Source of the DNA: Podarcis bocagei
Lineage: Eukaryota
Assembly (NCBI GenBank): GCA_964188305.1
Contig: OZ076885.1
Length of the DNA: 64,000 nt
Direction: 5' to 3' (one strand)
The position numbers were made by a program, and so were the translations under genes. This document shows positions 1 to 11,117 of the stretch, piece by piece. The notes beneath the pieces are model-generated. The model worked only from the letters and a program-made list of their open reading frames with translations. It did no database searches and was not told where the DNA came from. The stretch's first letter is position 1. Each line of letters begins with the position of its first letter.

Positions 1-3000
1 CCCCACCCAAATCCTCTTGCTCTGCATATGCCATCCCAGCTCAGGGAATTAGGAACACCCCAACCAAAATATTACAGTCTGCCATCCAGCACTACAAAGA
101 AAATGGAAATGCAGGCACAAAAAGGGCACACACAAAAAGAAATCTTCAGAGGAGATCAGATTCCCTTAAGCAAGCAAATAAAAGACATGAAGTGACCAAG
201 AAAGTAATAGAGAAAGTCAGAGACTGCAAAAAATAATAATCTGGAGATAAGGGTGAATTACAAAAGAAAGTTTATTTTAGGCTTTCTTGGACATTTACCA
301 CAAAAGTGTGTGTGTGCGCGCGTGCATGCTTTAAAGGAAAACTTACACTCCTCTCTTTTTCCACAGATAGTTTTTTTTTTTAAAAAAAATATTTTTTGAA
401 AACCAAAAAATTTAAATCTACTCCTGAGAGCATGTACAACTTTTTACAATTGTTGCGCAAGGATACCCTTCACTCAGACTTGGGACAGCACATTTTAATT
501 TTGTGACAGTCATGTAGAAGTTACAAAAATTTCTTTTTGACCAAAGAAAATCATATATCCCACAAACCGACAGTGCAATCCTGTCCTCCTCATCTTATGT
601 TTGCCAGACAAGGACGATATCTTGACTATATTGCACTGATCTTGTTGTTTAGTCGCTTAGTCGTGCCCGACTCTTCGTGATTTAGCAGCCATTAATAGTG
701 GGGATGTAGACGTGCTCTGCCCAATAGTAAGGGTCTTGTGGCACCTTAAAGACTAACTAATTTTATTATGGCATACGTCATTTTCAAATGGCTAATACTT
801 TAAGGTGCCACAAGACGCTTTTGGTTGTCTTTGCTGTGACCTACTAACAATACAGCTGCCCCTCTGGAAACTGCCTAACAATGAAGCTGACACACAGACG
901 GAGCTGTGCATCCCTGGCCATAATGCAACCTCCATAAACCTGAGCAGTTCTGCTCTCCCCACTCAATCCTCTGTATGCGGAGCATTAATGATGTTGAGCC
1001 CTGCGGGGATCCCCTTATCGCACCTCCCACAGGTCCTGGGCCGGGTCACAGACTTTCCCCTGAGGAAGCAGCAGATGGCTGAGAGATACCGTGACATCAC
1101 CCCCTGTCCCTCTAGGTTGCAGAAGGAGAAAGGAAACAAGTGGCCTCTTTACAAATTTAGCTTCTTCTTCCCTTAGGGTGAGACCTCTTGTCACCTCTGC
1201 TCCCCCTCTCTGCTAATCACCATTTCTTCCATCAATTTCCCCCTCGTCAGCTTGACAACATGATCCAGATATATAACCTGTCCTCTTCATTCTTGGATTG
1301 TTTGAGTTTCCCCCCTTTCCTTCCATACAAACCTCAGTGGGTGGGTGGGTGCTACACCCTTCAAGGTCCAACTATCTATCTATCTATATCATCTCCCTGT
1401 GTTTCTCTCCCTCTCTCTTTTGACCATCAGGGCCCTCTTCCTTTGATATGCCATCTTGTACACCAGTTTTTCTCCAGGGATGCTCCCATTTAAAGCACCC
1501 ACCAGTTCTGCAATCACTTCAAAAGCAGCAGCTGCGAACAATAAATGAATCCACCACAGCTTTGAGATATTGCAGGCAATAACCATTTCCTGGTAGCTTC
1601 ACAGGCTCCCCTTGAATGAACAGGACCAAGGGGAGGATTTATTCGTCACTTTTTAAATGGTTCCGATGATGACTGATGCTCAGAAACATCCTTTGCTCCA
1701 AGGAGACTAAATGAGCTTTCTGTCAGGAATTCAACACAGGGACAATCTGATCAAAACAATGTTGGGCGCCTCTTCTTTGGCCAAAACCATCAAAGATACA
1801 TTGTGGAGGATATCATGCGTGCAGCCAAAAGCCATCTGCATTAAGGGATCGACTTAGGTCGTATTCCTTCGTCAATGGCTGTGCATATGGCTCTGGAGGC
1901 AGTTTTTAAATCAGCCAGGCACACAGTTGTGCAGTTAACATTAGTGAAGGGGCAGAAGCATTGCTTGGCACCCTCTGCTTAATAGGAATTTATACTAGAG
2001 CTGGGAGAATTGGTGCTATAATCTCAACAATTGTGCTTAAAAGAGGAAATGATGGAGGAAATGCTCGCTCTTCAGCACAGCTGAAAAGTGCTGCTACTCA
2101 CTACAGTGGTATGTGGTCATCTATAAGCCTTGATACCAGATTCTAAACCAACGCAAGACTAGTGGCACATTCTGACTACAACAAATTGCCTGTGGAAAAA
2201 TGACTGTAGAACATCAAAGTCAGAGAACAGTAACAAGTCTCAGAGCAGGCGCAAATAAATCAGCATAAGGACCCATATTGGGAGAAAAGCTTCTTCAGAA
2301 GGCTGAAGTGAGGACTGGGGAATCGGGTGGAGCATTTGAGGGGAGAGGTTCAGACAGAACAGGTAGAATTCTGCTCTCTCTTTCTCTACACAATATACAA
2401 TTTCATCAGCTTCAGCTTCCCAAGGGAAGAAGTATCAGCTCTAAGGCTGGAATCATTTGCAAGTAGCCTACCCATCTTGCAGGCTTGGAGGGTGGGGGGA
2501 GATGAACTGTGGGGAATAATCATGTCTTGCTGAAAAAAAGGGGTGGGGGTTACCAAAAGCTAATTGAATTACAGCAGCAACTGAAGAGTCATTTGCATTT
2601 CCAGATAAGTCCTGGGGAAATCTGCTTCTTCCCTCACCCCCCCCTTTCAGCAGCAGGTAGAGGAAAGACGCATAAAAGATGCGATAGCAACGGCAAAGCA
2701 CATGGGGGGGGGTCCTATAGGCCAGGGTGCAGAGTGGGGGTCCAGAGCTGGCTCGGTTCCGAAGCTACCTTGGGGGAAACTTCTGTTTTGAAAGCCGGCA
2801 TGTAAATCGATAAACAAATAAACGAAAACGCGGGGGGGAGGGGGTCGAAAGGATGCTCCACTTCAACCTGATTGTCAGTACGGGGAGATGGAGTGGGGTG
2901 GGGGCATTGCTGGCCTGGGAAACAACTGGAGGGGCACCTCCTTGGGGATCTGGGAGCAGCGCTCAAGGGTCCGGAGAGGGGCAGCAGGGGGAGAAGAGCC

Positions 3001-3149
3001 CATTGGCTCCCCACGCACACAAACCCCGCAGACGCGCAGAGGTGTTCAGCTGTTTCCATGGAGATCCGAAGTGAAGGCAGTATAGTTTTTCAAAACCCGC
3101 TTTTAAAAGAGGGTCCCTACCAACCAGGGGGAAGGGACGGCATCGGTTT

Positions 3150-3434
3150 CTGACGGGGGAGGGCGGTCCATCGCTTTAGGAACATGCGAGACCCCCACAT
3201 CCAAGTCGCGATCGCACCCCCATTTCCCAGCCAGGGGCAAAAAAACGCAGCTAGATCGGCGAGGGGGCTCCAGCCCCAGCCAGGACTCACCTCCGGGGGC
3301 GCGCAGGTGGAGCAGCGCGATGGCCAGCAGGAGCCAGCGGGCAGCTGCACGAGGGGACTCCATTCTCCAGGAGCCGATCCGTTCCCAACTCCGGCTCAGA
3401 TCCCCACTCCCGGCGCTGGGGAGCGCATGTTCGC

Positions 3435-3478
<44 letters not shown>

Positions 3479-3625
3479 GGCAGCCCGGCTCCGCTGCGGC
3501 GCCAAACTCCAGGTGCGAGCGGGCAGTCAGCGCCGCCAGCCGTGCGCGCTCGCCGGTGCGCTGCGCAAGCCGCGCATCCCTGCCCGGGCCGCCGCCGCCG
3601 CCGGGCTGCTCAGCCTCAGACAATA

Positions 3626-3662
<37 letters not shown>

Positions 3663-4050
3663 GGAGGGGACCGGAGCACATGGGATCAGCGCCTTCCCGC
3701 TGCGCCGCTGGGTCCTAAAGCGCCTCTGAGAACCCCCTCGATGACGGGCGACCCAGTGCCCCACTAGCCGCGCCGCGCCGCCCCGGGCCGGCGGGAGAGG
3801 CGCGAAGCTAGCTCCGAACAAGGCGGGGAAAAGGGGCGCGGCGGCGGGAGAGGGCGAGCCGCTGAGCGGATCTGGGAGGCCGAGGGCAGCGAGTGGCATG
3901 GTCAAAACGCGAAGGGGAGGAGGAAATCCAAGAAAGTGGATTCCCGCGAAAGAGCAGGGAGAAGGAAAGGGCGATCGCGGAGGGGACTCTTCCAGGCGGC
4001 TGTTTTATTCGAGCGCGTTGCATTATACAATACAGAACTCTTCGCACACT
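3150..4050. promoter_or_regulatory. CpG island / promoter and 5' UTR of TMEM132A
   Basis: Very GC- and CpG-rich stretch around the signal-peptide exon; contains (TC)n(AC)n at ~3435-3478 and (GGCA)n at ~3628-3660. Confidence 0.7.
3291..3363 (-). CDS. TMEM132A: First coding exon (signal peptide) of TMEM132A; the rest of the gene lies left of the window
   Basis: ATG at 3363 gives MESPRAAARWLLLAIALLHLRAPG+G (73 nt, phase 1), then a GTGAGT donor at 3290-3285. It is a hydrophobic signal peptide inside a CpG island. The gene name comes from synteny (ZP1-PRPF19-TMEM109-TMEM132A, same relative orientations as in mammals), not from strong sequence identity. Confidence 0.7.
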
Positions 4051-5079
4051 TCACTTCTGTTGCTGTTTCCAGTGGTTTCCAACTTTCACCCTTTCGGACA
4101 AGAAAGCGGCCACGCGGATGATGTCTTGAGATGATGAGAAATTCACCGTAGTTTTCCTGAAGGTATCCTGGGAAAATAAAATAAATAATAAATAATTTTT
4201 ATTATTTATACCCCGCCCATCTGCCCCTCCAATGTGGTTAATTTTGAGGCCTGAAGTAAATTTAACAGTTGATATAGGGTGGATTTCCAAGCTTTGTTCT
4301 TTTGAACAAAGCCTTATAGAGGCATGCAAATGGTGTGTCCCCCCACCTTTTAAATTTTAATTTTGCAGGTGACATTATTTCCTATTCACATTAGTTTACA
4401 ACATTTGGATTAGCTGTACAGGGAAATGGCCTGGAGAAGTAGGATTCAGGCAGCACACAAGGGACCTTTTAAATTCAAGACTTCATGCAATCCTAAGAAA
4501 CAGAAAGAACTCTTGTCAGGTTTGATCAAGCCCTCATTTACAGATTTTGACAGCCTGTCATACAACAGAGGAGAATCTACCTAAAACAATTCCCCAGTTC
4601 ACATTAGTCTGACTATATGGAGCCACCACTGTTGAACACATGAGTAAAAAACCAACAGTCTGAACCCACTGAAGTTAGGTGTCAATCGAATGCCAATTCA
4701 AAAGGACTGTTGTTGTTTAGTCATTTAGTCGTGTAGGACTCTTCATGACCCCATGGACCAGAGCATGCCAGACACTCATGTCTTCTGCTGCCTCTCAAAA
4801 GGACTAGCTTGCTTCAACTAAAAGATCAACAGATCCCTCCTCCTTCCACAGGATCTCACTTCTGCCCATGGACAGATCGAGTTCTTGCATTCAAGGAAGC
4901 CTAGTTAACACTTGATCCACTTCCCCAGTATGTTGAAATCCACACACACACCACATGAAATCAGTGGAACTTAACATTTGAGCAAATGTGCATAGGATTG
5001 CTCTGCACAATTTCCTTTTTGCAGAAGGGAAAGTGAGGCTGACACTCAGCTGCAGTGTATGATTTGAGGTAGAATAAGG

Positions 5080-6653
5080 CAGTTTCCCAACCGGTGTTCT
5101 GCGGCACACTAGTGTGCCGCGAGACGTTGCCTGGTGTGCCGTGGGAGGGAGGCGGGGCGGCGGCGGCGAGGAGAGGCCGCCCAGCGCGGGGCTCTCGCCG
5201 TCTGCCTGCCTGGCTGCCTGCGTGGCGCTGACGTCACGGGGCTGTAACGTGCCCCACATAGGCACACGCGGGGCGGCGAGCGAGCTCCCTCCCACATCCC
5301 ATCGCCGGCTCTGCACCAGGCGGTAGAGCTTGGCGAAGTCGCCACGCTGGAAGGCCAGCAGCGCGCGCGCCTTGGCCAGGCTCTCGCCCGCCTGCGCCTC
5401 CAGGCACGGCGCCTCGGCGTCAGCGAGCCCAGGAAGCGGCCCAGCCGGCCGGGGTCGCCCGCCTGCAGCAGCGCCTCGCACACGCACGAGACCTGCTCCG
5501 CCGAGAAGCGCGGCGAGCGCGGAGGATCGGGCGCAGCGGAGGCCAGCCCTGCGCTTGGAGAGGACGCAGCAGCCATCGCCAAACCCGATCCTCCTCCTCC
5601 TGCTCCGCCGCCGTCCTCTGGCTCTCGGCCGGGAGGAGCCTGCAGCGACGGGGCGGGCGCCGAAGTTGGCAGAAGTTGGCGCGCCTCCTCGGCAGCGCCT
5701 TCGTCCTCCTCCTCCTGCCTCTGCTCTCCTCCGGCGGCGGGGGCGCGCCGGCCGGGGGGCTCGGCGGGGCCCGCGGGGAAGGAGGCCATGTTCGCGCCGC
5801 GTGGGATCGCGGCCCCCCTCGCCCGCCTCCGGCCCGCTCCCCTCCCCCTGCGCGCTGCCCTAGCCGTGCGGGTCTCCTCCCCCTGCGCCGCCGTCCCCTT
5901 TCCACATCCTAGGAGCCGCGGTCCGCCTACCGCCCCCGGGCCGCGGCGCGGCTCCCAGCCCGGGCTGGCCTCCGCCTCCTGGGACGCGCGGCCACCCCCG
6001 CGGCCCCCCAAACTTCGGAGCAACTCTCCAGACGCTTCTCCCCCACCTCGGTCTCCCTCCTTTCCACTTCTCTTCCCCCCTTCCTTTCCTCTTTCTTTCT
6101 CTTTCTCTCCCACCCGCCTTTCCTTCTATTAACTTTCCTTTCCCCTCCCTTCGTCCTTCCTACTTTTACTCCTGGGCTCCTCCCCCCTTTGCGCAGCCAC
6201 AAATCAATCTCTCTCTCTTTTTTCCCCTCTCTCTCTTCTTTGCTCAGACGCAAAAAAGCGCCGCTTTTTGGAAATCCGGACTGCTGTCCCCGCTGAAACG
6301 ATACTTTAAAAAAGGAAGAACCCACTGGCTCTTATTTCTGTTTAAAGCAGTAGATCCCGAACTCTTTTGGCCCACTGCCCCCTTGGTTCCACATCCCCCA
6401 GTGTCCCCTATGCTTACTCTATAGAAAGCATTACAGGGGTTAACGCGGCTCGCTAAGGAAGATATTAATAGAATTCTGCATTTGGGGGGAGACCCTAACA
6501 GTCATCTACCATTACCTTCTATGCTGTTACTATTTTTTAATTTTTTTTTACATAAGTAAAAAGTGACCTTTCCCCATCTGGCATGGTGGTGTGCCTCGAG
6601 ATTTTTTTCATGAAACAAGTGTGCCTTTGCCCAAAAAAGGTTGGGAAACACTG
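5080..6653. mobile_element. Non-autonomous hAT (Charlie-like) DNA transposon carrying a captured SIX5 fragment (Pack-TIR)
   Basis: Left end CAGTTTCCCAACC at 5080. Right end GGTTGGGAAACACTG ends at 6653 (reverse complement CAGTGTTTCCCAACC). Perfect 8-bp TSD GAATAAGG at 5072-5079 and 6654-6661. Subterminal GTGTGCC/GGCACAC motifs at both ends. No transposase ORF. Confidence 0.9.
5305..5789 (-). pseudogene. SIX5: Truncated, frameshifted copy of SIX5 exon 1 (N-terminus plus first half of the SIX domain; no homeodomain)
   Basis: ATG at 5789: MASFPAGPAEPP...EEEDEGAAEEARQLL...RFSAEQVSCVCEALLQAGDPGRLGRFLGSL. After a frameshift near 5420 it continues ...GESLAKARALLAFQRGDFAKLYRLVQSR. This matches SIX5-type motifs (EEARQLL; FSPEQVACVCEALLQAG; ARALVAFQRGEYAELYRLLESR). 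Similarity stops abruptly at ~5305. Confidence 0.88.
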
Positions 6654-7438
6654 GAATAAGGGCTCAGGATTTTGTTTTCAAAACCACTGCTGAGTCCTGG
6701 AACAGGCAAAGCAACAATGGAGAAAATACCTCTGAGCGTTTGCAGAATGCATCTCTCTCACCACTAAGTAACCTCTGCCATTTAGGATTAAGGAGTTTAG
6801 AATTAAGGAACAGGATTTCCAGAGTTGCTGAGACGGCTCCCGGGCAGACTTTATCACCATTCCATTTAGTCTGAAAATCAGAAAGCCTTGGAGATAATAT
6901 TTTCTCCAAGGCCATCAAGTGAGTTCTGTGGCGTGTAAGTTGAGACCTGAATGTCTTTCAGAAGTCAGGCATGCACCAAAATGTGAGAGTCCTTCTGTTC
7001 ATATTACCAGCCAGCCAGGCTCTTTGCCAGGAAACACTATTGCATTCCATCTCAATAGGTTTCTGTAAAGTGGCTTTTGTTTTTTGTACTTATGCAAACC
7101 TCAGAGTCTCCCTGAACTTGCTAATGCCTTCCTTTTATGAGTGGGTTGTGCCATTTTGGCTAACTAAAGATAGGCAGTCCGAGAAGGCATTTAGGATGCC
7201 TTCATTTGCTCTGGCAATGCTGGCTCACATACCTCTACTAGTCCTTATAAACAAAAATGGAATCTCCTTACTCAGAGGCAGTAGACCTCACATCCCCACC
7301 TGCAGGGAAGAAACAAAGAGGTATGGCTGCCCCCAAAATGGCCTACTTCTGAGTTTCCTTGGGGCAAGAGATTGGCCACTGCTGGAACCAGAGTACTACT
7401 AGCCACAACTGCTGTGCTTCACATCCACTGCCAGAGAC

Positions 7439-7785
7439 CATAGGCGCCGACTCCATGGGGCTTGAGGGGGCCCGAGCCCCCTCAAAAATTCGTTTGGGGG
7501 GGCTCCGCCCCCCCAATAATCTCCGGCGCCCCTCCAGCAGAGCGCCATCGCCGCCCCTCCCCCAGCCCAAAATGCACAGGGTCGGGCTGCATGCCTCCTG
7601 CCCTCCCTCCCGAGCAAAAGCTCCACCCAATTTCCTTCGGAGCTGATTAATAGGCGCAGCACGCTCTCCCCTATTCGCTCATGAGGAGGTGGCGCCACTT
7701 TATTTGCATATTCATGAGCTTATTTATTATTCATGAGCTTTCCCGGCCCCCCCCCCCCAATATTTTTTATAAGTCCGCGTCCCTG
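7439..7785. mobile_element. Non-autonomous hAT element (MITE)
   Basis: 8-bp TSD CCAGAGAC (7431-7438 and 7786-7793); imperfect TIRs CATAGGCGCCGACT / AGTCCGCGTCCCTG. Confidence 0.75.
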
Positions 7786-10184
7786 CCAGAGACGGTGTGC
7801 TTCTGAATACCCATTGCTGGAAACTGCAGGAGGGAAGAGTGCTATTGCACTCAGGATGCTGCTTGTGGGTTTTGGCCACAGTGAGAACAGAATGCTGGAC
7901 TAGGCAGGCCATGTTTTTATATAGTATGCAGCCCCAAATGTAGTTCGCTTTGTAGAATTGTGTTGGTTACCTCAGGGGATGCTCTAGCACAAATGCACAT
8001 CAAATCACAGTGCAGAAGCACTTGGCTAGCCAATTTAAACCCAGTGGTTAAGAAGGCAACCTGTTCTGTTGTTTAATATATATATATATATAATTGCAAA
8101 GAAATGCAGTAAGAATAAGACAGACTTATTCATAGTAAGCAAATAGAATGTAAAATAGAGACGTCTGTACAGCAAGGCAGATAGGGAAACAAATCAGTCT
8201 CTTAATATTAGATGCGAATCAAGCAAATGTTTATTCACTTGGGTAACTGCCAGACTAAAAAGATGAAAAGCCAGGAGTGGGGTAGGAGATTTGCATTAAA
8301 AGGAGAATTTCCACCAGTTGCAGCTTCACCTAGTGTTCACACTGCCACAGTTACAAAAGCAGTGCCGTGTTATCCTGTTAGTGTTGCACGAAAACATTTA
8401 AGAGAACAGAATATTGGTACTGTCAGATTTCTGTTGGGGAGAACACCGAATTGAGTCTTTTATATTTTCCAACTTCCTATAACCTCTTTTATAGGATGGG
8501 GTTGAGCAGAAGTGGGTTTCTTCTCAAAAGAAAGGCATCCTGATTCAATACATTCAATACATGCTCAGGGACCCTGTGCCCTCAAATCCTGTTTTTGGAA
8601 AATATAAACCTTTGTTGTCAAGACAACGACACTCAAAAGCTGATTCTCTGTGACACACACACTATGCAAGATGCCAGGTTTAAAAAATCACATCAAAAGT
8701 TAGAAACCTGGAGTGAGATGGAAGACTGTATGAACCAAAAGCCACAGAGGAGCTTTTAATGGATTTCAGCATTTAGAGAGTTGAAGAGGGTATTTCCTTT
8801 GTTGAAGAGCAGCGGAGGGGTCGTGTTGTGGCTTGTCATGAACACTGAGGTTCCCTAACACCTCCCTGTGGTATTATCATCACCTCTGGGCTTTCATACC
8901 CAAGTGACAAGTTCCAGCTCGCCTGCCCCCAAGAAAATGAGTGAATGTATTTCTGGGCCCAGCAAGAAGAATTGCCGGCACAATTACATTGCTCTTAGAA
9001 AAGTGCCCCATCCTTTCAGCCTAGAGAAAGGCACTGACTGATATATTTGGGTGGTGGTGGGGCCCTCCCCACCCTCTTTCACTTCCTTCATTCAAAACGG
9101 AAATCCAGATTGCAGAAATGACATCATGGCTGCCATTTTGTGGCTGCTGCTGCTGCTCTGGTGTACACCACTACCAGCACTGGGTGTTGAGGACTGAGGG
9201 AAGTGAGACGTTCACAATGCAAGATAACTTTAAATCCCAGTTCACAAAATGCAGGCCGAGTGCGAATGGCACCTGCATTCCGGCGACATGCGTCAAACAC
9301 GCTATGTTAAATGTGGGGTTCCATTTAACGTGCCTGTATTTTGAAAGGAAGGAAGAAGAAAGTTGCTGAAGGGGGGGGAATCAGGATCCGATTGCAGGAG
9401 CTTCATTCCTGAAGCAAATACGCCAAATCCTTGAAAATGTGCAATTATTTTTGAGCCCACAATTTCTAGGCAGGCTTCTGTTCAAATTTCTAGACTGGTA
9501 AATGAATTCCAACCTCTTATGTGGCAAATAAATGTTTTCTATTTTGCAATAAGCTGTCATTTGCATATCAATTCGCACAGAGAGGTGGCAGTGTGCAGCT
9601 GTTGCTTGTTGGAACTCGCCTGTCTGATCACCGGCTACCGCACTGCAAGTTATTCACTCATTTAATGAACACGGTTGCTGTATCGCGGCCTCACAAATCC
9701 AGGCAGCCTCATTTACATAGGATGTGATTTATTCATGATGAATAGCAACCTTATGGATGTGCACAGTGCACATGCTAAATTAGCATACTTTACTCATGCT
9801 ATTTCCAGCAGATGGTTTCTCTCTGTACCAGCTGCAAACAAGGAGGAGTGAAGGCACATTCAGTGGAAGGACTTATCTGACCATTTCTCAATGTCAGGGG
9901 AGATAAAAAGCCCCGAGAGGAAGCACAGAAATGCCTGTCCACAGGATTACCTCTTTTACCTGCTCTGTCATTACGTCTCCGTCTGTTAAAACACTGGCAA
10001 CCTTATTCTCACTGTTAAAATGCAGAAGATCCCCATTATAGATAGAGGCTCAGTGCTGATTTAGCATGCTTCAGCTCATTGACTTTACAAGGTTGAATTG
10101 ACACCATTACATATTGTACAAACTGGAATATACAAGTAGAGCCTGCAATAAAATGTTACAGCACGGATGCTTCTGTTCCAGATA

Positions 10185-11117
10185 CAGTGGTACCTTGGAA
10201 TACAGACGCTTCAGGTTACAGACTCCACTAACCCAGAAATAGTACCTTGGGTTAAGAACTTTGCTTCAGGATGAGAACAGAAATCATGCAGCAGCGGTGC
10301 GGGACACCCCATTAGCTAAAGTGGTGCTTCAGGTTAAGAACAGTTTCAGGTTAAGAATGGACCTCCAGAATGAATTAAGTTCTTACCTTGGTTTATGAAC
10401 TTAATCTGTTCTGGAAGTCCGTTCTTAAACCAAAACCGTTCTTAAACCGGCAGATGAAGGTGATGGACTATATGGAACTGGCGGAAATGACTGGCAGAAT
10501 CCGAGACCAGGGAGAAGAGTCGGTGGAAGAAGATTGAAAGAAATTTAAAGACTATTTACAGAAATACTGCAAAATTAATGAATGTTAGAATGCTGTCAGA
10601 ATGAAGTTAAGTGGTTTTAGCAGTAATGTTATAAAGGTGTATGTAAAAATGGATTGTTAACAGGTGAAAATCCAAAGTTATAATATATTAAGTTAAAGGA
10701 TTAAGACAAAAACAAAGAGGGAAAGGAATTGCTGAATTAACTAACAGAACTGGAATACAAAAAAGGGAGGTGTGAGGAGGTCAGGGAAGTAAGGAAATGA
10801 AATGTAAGGCATGGAAAGATTGATGTGTTTTTAAGTGTTTTTTATCTTTTTTCTGTATTTTGTATTTTTTCCCTTTTTATTTCTTTTTCTTTTTTTCTCT
10901 TTATGTAATCTTTTCTTTGAAACTTTAATAAATATCATTAAAAACAACAACAAACGTTCTTAAACCGAGGTGCGCTTTCCCTAATGTCTCCCGCCGCTGG
11001 TGCCCTTCCACCATTCAGCTTCCATTCTTAGACAGAGGTAAAGTTCTCAAACCAAGACACTATTTCCAGTTTTGTGGAGTTTGTAAACCAAATCGTTCTT
11101 AAACCGAGGTACCACTG
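10185..11117. mobile_element. Composite Tc1/mariner (Tigger-like) MITE interrupted by a LINE 3' fragment
   Basis: Ends TA|CAGTGGTACCTTGG and CCGAGGTACCACTG|TA. The first ~200 bp match the MITE at 24103-24328. Confidence 0.8.
10450..10954 (+). mobile_element. 5'-truncated L1/Tx1-clade LINE 3' end nested in the MITE
   Basis: Encodes QMKVMDYMELAEMTGRIRDQG...KINEC*, closely matching the ORF2 end of the 15570-17154 element. 13-bp TSD CGTTCTTAAACCG (10437-10449 and 10955-10967); A-rich tail. Confidence 0.85.

Noticed and set aside
1490-1960. Possible old LINE remnant or extra TMEM132A exon
   Set aside because: No recognisable motif or convincing splice/frame support by eye; needs RepeatMasker or BLASTX.
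3103-4134. Multiple overlapping 60-180 aa ORFs around the TMEM132A CpG island
   Set aside because: Expected by-product of GC-rich, stop-poor sequence; only the 73-nt signal-peptide exon has splice support.
5109-6113. Functional SIX5 or SIX4 gene at this locus
   Set aside because: Frameshifted, truncated before the homeodomain, no downstream exons, non-syntenic and enclosed by transposon ends.
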